From: Microbacteriaceae bacterium
GTDB taxonomy: Bacteria > Actinomycetota > Actinomycetes > Actinomycetales > Microbacteriaceae
Length of the DNA stretch: 64,000 nt
Direction of reading: 5' to 3'
Assembly (NCBI GenBank): GCA_019638805.1
Contig: JAHBTA010000008.1
Coordinates: 6,835-70,834 of the forward strand
Shown: positions 9,049 to 18,032 of the stretch, piece after piece
How positions within the stretch are numbered: position 1 is the stretch's first letter
Layout: each line of letters starts with the position of its first letter
The notes under the pieces: generated by a model
The model's database searches: none
What the model saw: only the letters and a program-made list of their open reading frames with translations
What the model was told of the DNA's origin: nothing
Program-made: the position numbers and the translations under genes

Positions 9049-9062
9049 CGCAACCGGTTCCA
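9049..9062. promoter_or_regulatory. LacI-family operator-like site 1 (CGCAACCGGTTCCA)
   Basis: It matches the TGnAAnCGnTTnCA pattern except at the first base. It lies 84 bp upstream of the SBP start. Confidence 0.4.
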
Positions 9063-9137
9063 GCACCACGGTAGGCCAGGAGACGGCGGCGTGCAAGTAT
9101 CCCGGCATTCGTGATCGGCCGCGGGCATCCACTATGC

Positions 9138-9151
9138 TGCAATCGGTTCCA
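9138..9151. promoter_or_regulatory. LacI-family operator-like site 2 (TGCAATCGGTTCCA)
   Basis: It is an exact fit to TGnAAnCGnTTnCA. It lies 47 bp upstream of the LacI start and shares GCAAnCGGTTCCAG with site 1. Confidence 0.45.
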
Positions 9152-9197
9152 GGCGACGCCGCCCTGGACGGCCCCGGAACGGGCGGGAGGTTCGACG

Positions 9198-10226
9198 ATG
9201 AGCTCGCTGCAGGAGGTCGCGCGCCGTGCGGGTGTCTCCAAGGCGACCGCGTCCCGCGCCCTGAGCGGCGCGGCCCACGTCTCCCCCGCGGCGCGCGAGC
9301 GCGTGGCGACCGCCGCATCCGAACTCGGCTACGTGGTGTCCTCGACCGCATCGAGCCTGGTGACCGGCCGCACCAAGAACGTGGGCGTCATCACCCCGTT
9401 CATCAACCGCTGGTTCTTCGCCGAGGTGCTCGAGGGCATCGAGGGCGCGCTCATTCGCGCGGGCTACGACCTCACGCTGTTCCGGCTGCCCTCCGAACCG
9501 GAGCAGCGCAGCCGGCTCTTCCACTACTTCCTGGTGCGCAAGCGCGTCGACGCGATCGTGTGCCTGGGCGTCGCGCTCACGCCCGCCGAGGTCGAGCTCA
9601 TCCACACGCTGCGCCGGCCCGCGGTCGGGATCGGCGGTGCGATCCCGGGGCTTCCCACCATGAGCATCGACGACGTCGAGGCCACCCGTCTCGCCACCCG
9701 GCACCTCATCGGCCTCGGCCACCGCAGGATCGTCCACGTCGGCGGCGATCTCGGCGAGCAGATGGACTTCGAGGTGCACGCCAGGCGGCTCGCCGGATTC
9801 CGATCCGCCATGGAGGAGGCCGGGCTCGACTGCGAGGGCGCCTTCCGCGCCACCACCTTCAGCGTTCCCGGCGGGTACGAGTCCGCGCTCGCGCTGCTCG
9901 CCGACCCGGCGATCCGGCCGACCGCCATCGTGGCCGGCTGCGACGAGATCGCCATCGGCGTCATCACCGCGGCGCGCGAACTCGGGATCCTCGTGCCGTC
10001 CGAGCTCTCGGTCGTGGGCATCGACGATCACCCCTACGCGCCCATGTTCGGACTGACGACCGTGCGCCAGGTCCCCGGCGAGCAGGGCGAGAAGGCCGCC
10101 GAGATGGTCGTGCGCGCGCTCGCCGACGCGACCGATCCGCTCGAGCCGGTCGCGAGCGAGATCCCGATCCGGCTCGTGGTCCGCCGCAGCACGACCGCGC
10201 CCCCGGGGGTTCAATCCGTGCGCTGA
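9198..10226 (+). CDS. LacI family transcriptional regulator
   Basis: ATG 9198 has GGGAGG upstream. The protein begins MSSLQEVARRAGVSKATASRALSGAAHVSPAARERV... (HTH), followed by a periplasmic-binding-protein-like core. The gene is divergent from the sugar ABC operon. Confidence 0.9.
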   Translation: MSSLQEVARRAGVSKATASRALSGAAHVSPAARERVATAASELGYVVSSTASSLVTGRTKNVGVITPFINRWFFAEVLEGIEGALIRAGYDLTLFRLPSEPEQRSRLFHYFLVRKRVDAIVCLGVALTPAEVELIHTLRRPAVGIGGAIPGLPTMSIDDVEATRLATRHLIGLGHRRIVHVGGDLGEQMDFEVHARRLAGFRSAMEEAGLDCEGAFRATTFSVPGGYESALALLADPAIRPTAIVAGCDEIAIGVITAARELGILVPSELSVVGIDDHPYAPMFGLTTVRQVPGEQGEKAAEMVVRALADATDPLEPVASEIPIRLVVRRSTTAPPGVQSVR

Positions 10227-10232
10227 CCGGGT

Positions 10233-10291
10233 GGCGCTCGGCGTGAACGTGACGCGGTCTCGGGCGCTGCCCGGCGTGAACGCGACGCGGT
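10233..10291. repeat. Direct repeat (about 20-26 nt, period 33) just downstream of lacI-type gene
   Basis: CGGCGTGAACGTGACGCGGT (10239-10258) and CGGCGTGAACGCGACGCGGT (10272-10291) differ at one base. Both are preceded by GGCGCT. Confidence 0.85.
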
Positions 10292-10531
10292 TCCGGTCGG
10301 TTCATGACGCGCATGCGCGCGATACCAGGCATGGGATCGTCGTGTCCTCCGAAATGTGGACATAGCGGGGTACACCACGTACCCTTGTCCGGTCGGCGCG
10401 AACCCGCGGAACTGGGATCCCGGGCGCGCACCGTCCGTCCCCACCCCATACCGGTCCCGGGCCCAGGTGCCCGCCACCTTGACGCACCGCGCCCGGCTCT
10501 CCACCGGGCCCGCGGCAGGAGATCCCAGAAC

Positions 10532-12193
10532 GTGTCATCCCATCGCGACATCGACGCGCTGCGCCCCGAGCTGGCCGCGGCGACGGCCCGCGGCGGCGAC
10601 GCCGTGCGCGCCGTCCTGCACCCGGTCGCGCACGAGCTCGCCGTCGAGGACGGCGTGCGATTCCGCGAACTCGTGATGGGGCTGCCCGAGTCCAGCTGGC
10701 ACGACGACGTCATCATCACGACCGCCCTGGGCACGAGCTACCGATCCCCCGGCTCCCCGGAGGGCTCCTCTGCCTTGGCATACCTGCGCGCCGCCGAGAA
10801 GCTCCTCCGGCGCGATCCGGGCGCCGCCGACCACGCGCGCGCCGAAGTGCAGCTCGCCTTCGCGGCGAGCCTGCGCGTCCAGGGCAGGCTGCTCGACGCG
10901 GAGGTCCGGCTCCTCGAGGTCGAGGAACTGCTCGAGCACGGCGACCACGGGCCGGCCTCGCACCGCCTCGCTGCCCGCCATCAGCTGGAGGCCGGGGTCA
11001 CCGATCTCCTGCTCGGCCGGCTCCACACCGCGCGGCACCGGCTCGAGTTCGCGCACGGCCTCGCCGTCCACCTGACCCGCTCCGAGCGGATCGAGTGCCT
11101 GGGCGCGCTCGCGCTCGCCTCCTATGCCCAAGGCGATCTGGCATCCACCGACCGGGCGATCGCCGAGGCGCGCGCGATCGACGCGCCGGACGGGCTGCTC
11201 GCGAGCGCGTTCGCCGCGCCGATGTACGCGGCCGAGGTCCTGGTGAGCACCGACCGCTACGATCTCGACCGGCTGGCGGAGCTGTCGGAGGCCATGACCG
11301 CGGCGAGCGCACACGCCGAGTGGCGGCCCTTCGCCTGGGTGGTCACCGCGTACTCGCAATCGCTGCGCGGCGAGGCGATCGCCGCCCTGGACTCGCTGCA
11401 CCACGCCCACCAGCGGTATCTCTCCTGGCCGACGCCGGGCATCGGGCTCGACATCGGGGAGCTTCTGAGGGCCGAGATCCTCGCGAGCCTCGACCGCGGC
11501 GACGAGGCGTATCGCATCCTGTCGCGCATCGATCCGCACGAGCGGCACGCGCTGTGCCCGCAGCGCTTCATGGCCAGGATCGCCCTCCAGCACGGCGACG
11601 TGCGGGGGGCGCGCGCCGCGCTCGCCGACTGCGAGCGGCTGGGCGAGACCCACTCGCCGCGCACCTCGATCGACGTGCAGCTGCTGCGCGCGGCGACCGA
11701 GCTCGAGGGCGGGGCCCCCGCGCTGTCGGACATGAGCTTCGACCGGGCACTGCACGCCATGGCGCGCACCGGCGTGCAATCCCCGCTGCGTCATGTCCCG
11801 CCCGCGCTGCTCGCCAGGCTCGCCCAGCGCGCCATCACGCGCCGCCAGGGGCCGGAGGAGCGCCGCATGCTCGAGCGCATCCTGGAGGCCACCGAGGGCC
11901 ACGAGCACGACCGCGAGCCGCTCAGCGAACGGGAGCGTCTGGTGCTCGCCTACGTCGAGCGCGAGCTCACGGTGGCCCAGATCGCGGCCGAGTTGTACAT
12001 CTCCCCGAACACCGTGAAGACGCATCTGCGCCGGCTGTACCAGAAGCTCGGAGTCACCACGCGGGAGGAGGCGATTCGCCGGGCACGAGCCCTCGGGCTG
12101 CACCTGGCACCCGCGCCGGACGCCGCGCCGAACGCCGCGGCACCGGACACTGTGCGGGGGATCACCCGCGAATCACCCGGTCCCGGGGATTAA
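10532..12193 (+). CDS. LuxR family transcriptional regulator (helical/TPR-like N-terminal region, C-terminal HTH)
   Basis: The C-terminus reads ...EPLSERERLVLAYVERELTVAQIAAELYISPNTVKTHLRRLYQKLGVTTREEAIRRA... I saw no Walker A motif. I chose GTG 10532 as the start (AGGAG about 10 nt upstream). The track ORF begins at 10304, so the start is uncertain. Confidence 0.7.
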   Translation: MSSHRDIDALRPELAAATARGGDAVRAVLHPVAHELAVEDGVRFRELVMGLPESSWHDDVIITTALGTSYRSPGSPEGSSALAYLRAAEKLLRRDPGAADHARAEVQLAFAASLRVQGRLLDAEVRLLEVEELLEHGDHGPASHRLAARHQLEAGVTDLLLGRLHTARHRLEFAHGLAVHLTRSERIECLGALALASYAQGDLASTDRAIAEARAIDAPDGLLASAFAAPMYAAEVLVSTDRYDLDRLAELSEAMTAASAHAEWRPFAWVVTAYSQSLRGEAIAALDSLHHAHQRYLSWPTPGIGLDIGELLRAEILASLDRGDEAYRILSRIDPHERHALCPQRFMARIALQHGDVRGARAALADCERLGETHSPRTSIDVQLLRAATELEGGAPALSDMSFDRALHAMARTGVQSPLRHVPPALLARLAQRAITRRQGPEERRMLERILEATEGHEHDREPLSERERLVLAYVERELTVAQIAAELYISPNTVKTHLRRLYQKLGVTTREEAIRRARALGLHLAPAPDAAPNAAAPDTVRGITRESPGPGD

Positions 12194-12267
12194 CACCCGG
12201 GCGCCGCGAGTGGTTGGATGCTTGTCGTTGCATGCGGGCCCCCGTCCCTGATCCTGGGGTCCCGATA

Positions 12268-12325
12268 ACGACAAGGGGGCGGGCACCTCGGCTGGTTACC
12301 GAGGGGCCCGCCCCGCTCTTGTCGT
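12268..12325 (-). terminator. Long GC-rich hairpin downstream of rplL
   Basis: The outer arms are ACGACAAG (12268-12275)/CTTGTCGT (12318-12325). They enclose GGGGCGGGC...GCCCGCCCC and CCTCGG...CCGAGG. The hairpin lies 28 nt after the rplL stop. Confidence 0.6.
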
Positions 12326-12352
12326 GCTTGTCGCGCGAGAAGCGCGTGCGCC

Positions 12353-12754
12353 CTACTTGAGGACGACCGTCGCGCCGGCCTCCTCGAGGACGGCCTTGGC
12401 CTTCTCGGCGGTCTCCTTGTTGGCGCCCTCGAGCACCGTGCTGGGAGCGCCGTCGACGAGGGCCTTCGCCTCACCCAGGCCGAGGTTGGTCAGCGTGCGG
12501 ACCTCCTTGATCACCTGGATCTTCTTGTCGCCCGAGTTCTCGATGACGACGTCGAACGAGTCCTTCTCGTCGTCTGCCTCGGCCGCGCCACCGGCACCGC
12601 CGGCGGCCGGAGCGGCACCCGCAGCGGCGACGGCGACCGGAGCGGCCGCGGTGACCTCGAAGGTCTCCTCGAACTTCTTCACGAACTCGCTGAGCTCGAT
12701 GAGCGAGAGCTCCTTGAACGCGTCGAGGAGCTGGTCGGTGGTGAGCTTTGCCAT
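12353..12754 (-). CDS. rplL: 50S ribosomal protein L7/L12
   Basis: The protein reads [34 protein letters not shown]...[22 protein letters not shown]... Confidence 0.97.
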   Translation of the reverse strand: MAKLTTDQLLDAFKELSLIELSEFVKKFEETFEVTAAAPVAVAAAGAAPAAGGAGGAAEADDEKDSFDVVIENSGDKKIQVIKEVRTLTNLGLGEAKALVDGAPSTVLEGANKETAEKAKAVLEEAGATVVLK

Positions 12755-12796
12755 GTGTGTCTTCCTATCTCTGAATGCGTGCGCGTCGCTGAACGC

Positions 12797-13309
12797 TTAC
12801 GCGGACTCTTTCTGGGCGCGCAGCGCGTCGACCGTGCGAACGGCCTTCGACAGCGGCGCGTTGAACATGTAGGCCGCCCCGAACAGCGAGGCCTTGAAGG
12901 CGCCGGCCAGCTTCGCCAGCAGCACCTCCCGGGACTCGAGGTCGGCGAGCTTGCCCACCTCGGCCGCGGTCAGCGGGGCGCCATCGAAGTAGCCGCCCTT
13001 CACCACCAGCAGAGGGTTCGCCTTGGAGAAGTCACGCAGCGCCTTCGCGACGGCGACGGTGTCGCCGTGCACGAAAGCCATCGCGGAGGGGCCGACGAGC
13101 TGGTCGTCGAAGGCGGTGATACCCGCCTCGTTGGCCGCGATCTTGGTGAGCGTGTTCTTCACCACGGCATAGCTCGCGTGCTCGCTGATCGATGTCCGCA
13201 GCTGCTTGAGCTGGGCGACCGTGAGCCCGCGGTACTCGGTGAGCACGACGGCGTTCGAGCTGCGGAACGACTCCGTCAACTCGGCGACGATTGCTTCCTT
13301 GTTCGCCAT
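12797..13309 (-). CDS. rplJ: 50S ribosomal protein L10
   Basis: The start is at ATG 13309. The protein begins [41 protein letters not shown]... The 15 extra upstream codons in the track ORF were rejected. Confidence 0.95.
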   Translation of the reverse strand: MANKEAIVAELTESFRSSNAVVLTEYRGLTVAQLKQLRTSISEHASYAVVKNTLTKIAANEAGITAFDDQLVGPSAMAFVHGDTVAVAKALRDFSKANPLLVVKGGYFDGAPLTAAEVGKLADLESREVLLAKLAGAFKASLFGAAYMFNAPLSKAVRTVDALRAQKESA

Positions 13310-13560
13310 GGGATCTCTCTCTTTCCGTGGCCCACGCCCGTGCTCGTTAAACACAGTTGGCTCCGCGCAGAATGCGCGAAGCCACGGAAGAAGCTTGCAA
13401 CACCTGCGCAGGATTTACGTCTGCGCGGAGTGCGCGCAGAGACCGGCGGTCTAAGGCCTCCGCTAGGTTACGCGACGCCCGGTCCGGGCGCAAACCGCAT
13501 CCGCGCGGTGGTTCGCCATCCGCGCGGGAATTCTGGACGACGCGCGGACTACGAACCGCA
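13310..13560 (-). promoter_or_regulatory. Structured 5' leader of rplJL (possible L10-type autoregulatory leader)
   Basis: This is a non-coding stretch of about 250 nt with several stems when read on the minus strand: TCCGCGCG/CGCGCGGA, CTGCGCG/CGCGCAG, and CCGTGGC...GCCACGG enclosing CGCGCA-TTC-TGCGCG. I have not verified identity with the Rfam L10 leader. Confidence 0.35.
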
Positions 13561-13576
13561 GCGCCGATGGCGTGGC

Positions 13577-14983
13577 TCAGGCGGGCAGACGGACCGTGAA
13601 CACCGTGCGACCCGGTGCGCTCTCGACCGAGACCTCGCCGCCGTGCGCCTCGACGACGGCCGCGACGATCGACAGGCCCAGGCCCGTGCTGCCGGTCGCC
13701 CGCGAGCGCGACCCGTCCCCGCGAGCGAAGCGCTCGAACAGGACCGGCTGAAGGTCCGCGGGGATGCCGGGGCCGTCATCCGTCACCGTCAGAACCGCCC
13801 GGTCCCCCTCCTTCGCGAGGGCGGTGCGCACCCTCGTGCCCTCGGGCGTGTGGATGCGCGCGTTGGCCAGCAGGTTGGCCACCACCTGGTGCAGTCGCCC
13901 GGAATCGCCCCTGACGATCACCGGACCCTCGGGGGCGTCCAGGCTCCACTCGTGCTCGGAGGATGCGGCGTGGGCATCGCCCACCGCGTCGGCCACCAGC
14001 GGCACCAGATCCACCTCGCCCAGGACGAGCTCGCGTCCCGCGTCGAGCCGGGCGAGCAGCAGCAGATCCTCGACGAGGGTCGTCATGCGCACCGACTCCG
14101 ACTCGATGCGGCCCAGCGCCCTGACCACGTCCTCGGGCAGCTCGTGCCCGCCGCGCCTGGTCAGCTCCGAGTACCCGCGGATCGAGGCCAGCGGCGTGCG
14201 CAGCTCGTGGCTCGCGTCGGCGACGAACTGGCGCACCTTGTCCTCGCTGCGCTGGCGGGCGACCAGGGCCTGCTCGATGTGCCCCAGCATCCGGTTGAGG
14301 GCGGAGCCCACCTGCCCCACCTCGGTGCGCGGGTCGGTATCGGCCTGGGCGACGCGCTCGGCGAGCGCGACCTCGCCCTTGTCCAGGGGCAGCTCGGAGA
14401 CCCGGGTCGCGGTCGCGGCGACCCGCCCCAGCGGCCGGAGCGCGACGCGCACCACGAGCACCCCGGCGACCGCGGCCACCGCCAGCGCAGCCAGCGTCAC
14501 GAGCCCGAAGATCAGGATGAGGTTTCCGGTGGTCGCGGTGACCTCGTCGGTGGACAGCCCGACGATGAAGCGCACGGTGCCGCGCTCGCCAGCCGCGACG
14601 CGGAACTCGCCCACCCCGGCGATGCTCACGCTCACCGGCTGACCGCCCTGCGCGCCGGCGATGAGCTGCCGCTGCTGCTCCCGCGTGAGCGGTACGGCGT
14701 CGCGATCGGCGTCCACGTACTCGGAGAAGGCGACCGCGCCATCCACCACGATGAGGCGGACGGATGCGCGCGCACCCAGCGGGTCCTGTCCCGGGGTCCC
14801 GGGCTGGCCGGTCAGCACGTTCTCGACGAAGCGCAGATCGGCCCGCACCTGGCCGTCGAGGCGCTGCATGAGGTTCTCGCGCAGGGCGAGCACGCTCACC
14901 GTGCCGACCACGACGCTGAGCGCGGCCAGGAGCGCGACCAGCGCGATGACCAGGCGCTTCTGCAGCGACCAGCGAGTGGGCAT
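13577..14983 (-). CDS. Two-component sensor histidine kinase (TM-sensor-TM-HAMP-HisKA-HATPase)
   Basis: The H-box is SHELRTPLASIRGY. The ATPase motifs are NLLANARIHTP, DDGPGIP and GSTGLGLSIV. I placed the start at ATG 14983 (MPTRWSLQKRLVIALV...). The longer reading from 15049 would overlap the regulator gene. Confidence 0.85.
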   Translation of the reverse strand: MPTRWSLQKRLVIALVALLAALSVVVGTVSVLALRENLMQRLDGQVRADLRFVENVLTGQPGTPGQDPLGARASVRLIVVDGAVAFSEYVDADRDAVPLTREQQRQLIAGAQGGQPVSVSIAGVGEFRVAAGERGTVRFIVGLSTDEVTATTGNLILIFGLVTLAALAVAAVAGVLVVRVALRPLGRVAATATRVSELPLDKGEVALAERVAQADTDPRTEVGQVGSALNRMLGHIEQALVARQRSEDKVRQFVADASHELRTPLASIRGYSELTRRGGHELPEDVVRALGRIESESVRMTTLVEDLLLLARLDAGRELVLGEVDLVPLVADAVGDAHAASSEHEWSLDAPEGPVIVRGDSGRLHQVVANLLANARIHTPEGTRVRTALAKEGDRAVLTVTDDGPGIPADLQPVLFERFARGDGSRSRATGSTGLGLSIVAAVVEAHGGEVSVESAPGRTVFTVRLPA

Positions 14984-15020
14984 CGGGGCGTCTCGGCTCT
15001 GTTCAGATTCGCGGCGGCGC

Positions 15021-15761
15021 TCAGCCGGCCGGCTTGATGAGATAGCCAACGCCCCGCACGGTGTGGATCATGGGCGCGCCCAGGGTGTCGATCTTCTTGC
15101 GCAGGTAGGAGATGTAGATCTCGACGATGCTGGAGCGCCCGCCGAAGTCGTAGCTCCACACCCGGTCAAGGATCTGCGCCTTGCTGAGCACGCGCTTGGG
15201 GTTGCGCATGAGGTAGCGCAGGAGTTCGAACTCGGTCGCGGTGAGCTCGATCGGGGTGTCGCCGCGAGCGACCTCGTAGCTCTCCTCGTTGAGCACCAGG
15301 TCGCCAACGCGCAGCTCGGGGTCCACGGCGTCGCTCACCACGCGCGCGCTGCGTCGGATGAGTCCGCGCAGCCTGGCCACCACCTCCTCGAGGCTGAACG
15401 GTTTGGTGACGTAGTCGTCGCCGCCCGAGGTGAGCCCGGCGATGCGGTCGTCGATCGCATCCTTCGCGGTGAGGAAGAGCACGGGGGTGTCGTCGCCGCC
15501 CGAACGCAGCCGGTGCAGGACGCCCAGACCGTCCAGGTCGGGCAGCATGACGTCGAGCACGATGACGTCGGGCTTGAACTGCCGGGCGATCGTGAGCGCC
15601 TGGTGGCCCTCGACGGCGGTCTTGACGTCCCACCCCTCGTAGCGCAGCGCCATCTGCAGGAGGTCGCCCAGCGAGACCTCGTCATCGACGACGAGAGCGC
15701 GGATCGGGCTGCCGTCGGCGTGCGTGAGGCGGGCGGGGGGCGTCGCGGGGATCGTGGTCAC
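15021..15761 (-). CDS. OmpR/PhoB-type response regulator
   Basis: The start is GTG 15761, with GGAG 8 nt upstream. The receiver domain reads ...IRALVVDDEVSLGDLL...VIVLDVMLPDLDG...FLTAKD.... A winged-helix domain follows: ...LTATEFELLRYLMRNPKRVLSKAQILDRVW.... Confidence 0.9.
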   Translation of the reverse strand: MTTIPATPPARLTHADGSPIRALVVDDEVSLGDLLQMALRYEGWDVKTAVEGHQALTIARQFKPDVIVLDVMLPDLDGLGVLHRLRSGGDDTPVLFLTAKDAIDDRIAGLTSGGDDYVTKPFSLEEVVARLRGLIRRSARVVSDAVDPELRVGDLVLNEESYEVARGDTPIELTATEFELLRYLMRNPKRVLSKAQILDRVWSYDFGGRSSIVEIYISYLRKKIDTLGAPMIHTVRGVGYLIKPAG

Positions 15762-15855
15762 GTCGACGACTCCACTCCCCTTTCCTATGAGCCTGCTGTG
15801 GAGCCCCTCGACCAAATGCAGGAGTTCCATCTAAGACGGTTTCACTCTGACGCAC

Positions 15856-16575
15856 ATGCGCCTGACCCTGTCGCGCATGAGCGCGAGACTCTCCTGCATT
15901 TGGTCAATGCCGAGGGATGCCGGGGGCGCGGCGCATGATGGAGGGGTGAGCATCGCCCCGTCCCGGCTGCAGCCGACGCTGGCCCTGTTCGACGAGCCGC
16001 CCGTCCCGTATCGCGACCGCGTCGTGACCGACGGCAGCGACCGGTTCGCCTGGCTGCGCGCCCGCGCCCGCGGGGTCACCGCGACCGACGTGGCCAGGCT
16101 CTCCAGCAGCGCGGCGGTCGCGGGCGTCGCCATGGACAAGCTGCTCGGCACGCGGTTCGGCGGGAACGCATACACGCAGCACGGCCTCGATCGCGAGCCC
16201 GCGATCGCCCGGTGGACGGCCTCGGTGTACGGGATGCGGCCGAGCGCGGCGCTCTTCCATGCGGACGGCAATCGCGACCACCTCGCGACGCCGGACGGAC
16301 TGCGCGAGCGGGACGGCATCCTTGAGCTCTGCGAGATCAAGACGACCGTGCGCGAGTGGCGACGCGGCGTCCCGCGGCACTACCTGCGCCAGGTGTGGTG
16401 GCAGCAGTACGTGCTAGGCGCCGAGCGCACCCTCGTCGTCTGGGAGCGGCATGAGGACTTCGTCCCCGTGCGCGCCGACCCCGAGTGCCGGTGGGTCGAC
16501 CGCGACGAGAGCGAGATCCACCGCCTCGTCGTCCTGGCCGACGAGGTGCTGGTCGCCATGCGCCGCGGCGCCTGA
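15856..16575 (+). CDS. YqaJ-like (lambda-exonuclease fold, PD-(D/E)XK) protein
   Basis: Motifs present are ...SDRFAWLRARARGVTATDVARL...YTQHGLDREPAI...ATPDGLRERDGILELCEIKTT...YLRQVWWQQYVLG.... The start is uncertain. Alternatives are ATG 15907 and GTG 15946. Confidence 0.6.
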   Translation: MRLTLSRMSARLSCIWSMPRDAGGAAHDGGVSIAPSRLQPTLALFDEPPVPYRDRVVTDGSDRFAWLRARARGVTATDVARLSSSAAVAGVAMDKLLGTRFGGNAYTQHGLDREPAIARWTASVYGMRPSAALFHADGNRDHLATPDGLRERDGILELCEIKTTVREWRRGVPRHYLRQVWWQQYVLGAERTLVVWERHEDFVPVRADPECRWVDRDESEIHRLVVLADEVLVAMRRGA

Positions 16576-17241
16576 GCCCGCGGCGCCCGAGCTCGCGACG
16601 CCCGAGCCCACGGCGGCCGCCCTTGCCCCGCCCGCGATCAGCACGACACCGAAGACCAGGATCCACGCGAGCCCGATCGTCGTCGCGACGAGTTCGAGCC
16701 GGCTGCCGAAGTTGGCGTTCCAGTTGAGCAGCGACATGAGCCCGCCCGCTCCCGCGATGACCGCGACCGAGATGCTCGCCACCAGCGAGAACGCCCGCAG
16801 GACCCGGTGGCCCACCGCGAAGGCGCACTGCAGGATCGTCCAGCACGCCGCCGCGAACGCGATGACCGCCGAGGTGGTGTGCACGAAGTCCGGCCAGGTG
16901 AACCCGGGCCCGTAGGGCACCGGGCAGCCCGGAGTGCAGGGCACCTGCGAGGCGATCAGGAAGAATCCGGACGCGACGAAGAGCGTCGCGCTGGGTGTCC
17001 AGAGACCGAGGATGCGCGGCCGGCTCCGAATGCGGCGCCCCGCCCATCCGATGGTCGCGCCTCCGATCACGATGAGGACGAGCGCGACCTGGAACCACTG
17101 CGCGGTCGGCATGCCCTGCGCGCCGAGCTCGCTCACGTACACATCGCGCGGGATGGTGAGCCGCGCCGCCCAGATGATGGCCAGCGCCGCCGCGACCGCG
17201 AGGATCCCCGCGACGGCGAGCCCGCGATCCGTGCGCGTCAT
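16414..17241 (-). CDS. DUF998-like integral membrane protein with an about 70-aa C-terminal tail
   Basis: ATG 17241 overlaps the upstream stop (ATGA at 17238-17241). The protein begins MTRTDRGLAVAGILAVAAALAI...VYVSELGAQGMP...CTPGCPVPYG.... The last 54 codons are antisense to the 3' end of the YqaJ-like gene. Confidence 0.6.
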   Translation of the reverse strand: MTRTDRGLAVAGILAVAAALAIIWAARLTIPRDVYVSELGAQGMPTAQWFQVALVLIVIGGATIGWAGRRIRSRPRILGLWTPSATLFVASGFFLIASQVPCTPGCPVPYGPGFTWPDFVHTTSAVIAFAAACWTILQCAFAVGHRVLRAFSLVASISVAVIAGAGGLMSLLNWNANFGSRLELVATTIGLAWILVFGVVLIAGGARAAAVGSGVASSGAAGSGAAAHGDQHLVGQDDEAVDLALVAVDPPALGVGAHGDEVLMPLPDDEGALGA

Positions 17242-17954
17242 GTCCCGGAGTCCTGCGCGACAGGCTCCCGGTCCCGCGGCTCCCCCCGCTGCGGGAAGCG
17301 CCGGGACACCCAGATCGCCCCGGCCCCTGCGGACCCGATGACGATCGCGATGACCACGATGTAGAACGCCACGCTCAGGTAGCCCTCCGGCGCGATGTTC
17401 GGGTTGAGGAACGGGTACGGATACCAGTAGTCGTTCCCGGTCATGGCATCGTGCACGAGCGGCCCGCGCACCATGGTGTAGACGCCCCACACGATCGGGA
17501 AGGCGACGACGGCCCACAGGGCGCGCCACTCGAGCCGGAGGCGACCGGGGGCGAAGAGCCAGTCGACGAGCACGAGCAGCGGCCCCACGACGTGCAGCAC
17601 CTCGTTCGCCCAGGGCAGCGTCGAACCCTGCGGCAGTTCGATCCCGCGCAGCAGCACGTTGTAGACCACCCCGGTCGTGACCATGTACGCGGTCGCGCAC
17701 ACTCGCAGCACCGCGTACCAGCGGCAGTCCTCGGTGCGGCCCCGGATCGCGCACACCGCCCCGATGAGGAACGCCGCGGCGCCGAGCACGTTCGAATCGA
17801 TGGTGAAGAAGCTGAAGAAGCTGACGAGCTGCACCGTCGGGTCCTGGATGCCGGCCTCGGCCCAGACCCGAAGGCTCAGCAGCAGCTGACCGACGACCGC
17901 CGCGATGATGAGGGCGGCACCCGCGAGCCGGAAGATCATGAAAGCCATGCGCAT
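17238..17954 (-). CDS. Pr6Pr family membrane protein (FAR-17a/AIG1-like)
   Basis: The protein reads MRMAFMIFRLAGAALIIAAVVGQ...FFSFFTIDSNVLGAAAFL...YWYPYPFLN.... It has six predicted TM helices. Confidence 0.65.
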   Translation of the reverse strand: MRMAFMIFRLAGAALIIAAVVGQLLLSLRVWAEAGIQDPTVQLVSFFSFFTIDSNVLGAAAFLIGAVCAIRGRTEDCRWYAVLRVCATAYMVTTGVVYNVLLRGIELPQGSTLPWANEVLHVVGPLLVLVDWLFAPGRLRLEWRALWAVVAFPIVWGVYTMVRGPLVHDAMTGNDYWYPYPFLNPNIAPEGYLSVAFYIVVIAIVIGSAGAGAIWVSRRFPQRGEPRDREPVAQDSGT

Positions 17955-18032
17955 GGGGGAATGCTAGCCAGTCCGGGAGTGCCGGGGCGCCACGCGGCCT
18001 ACCCTGGAGCGGTGACGGATTCCTCCCCCTCC

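Noticed and set aside
10203-10226. GGTTCAATCC, a tRNA T-loop-like string
   Set aside because: The flanks do not form a T stem or an acceptor stem. It lies inside the LacI coding sequence (…APPGVQSVR stop).
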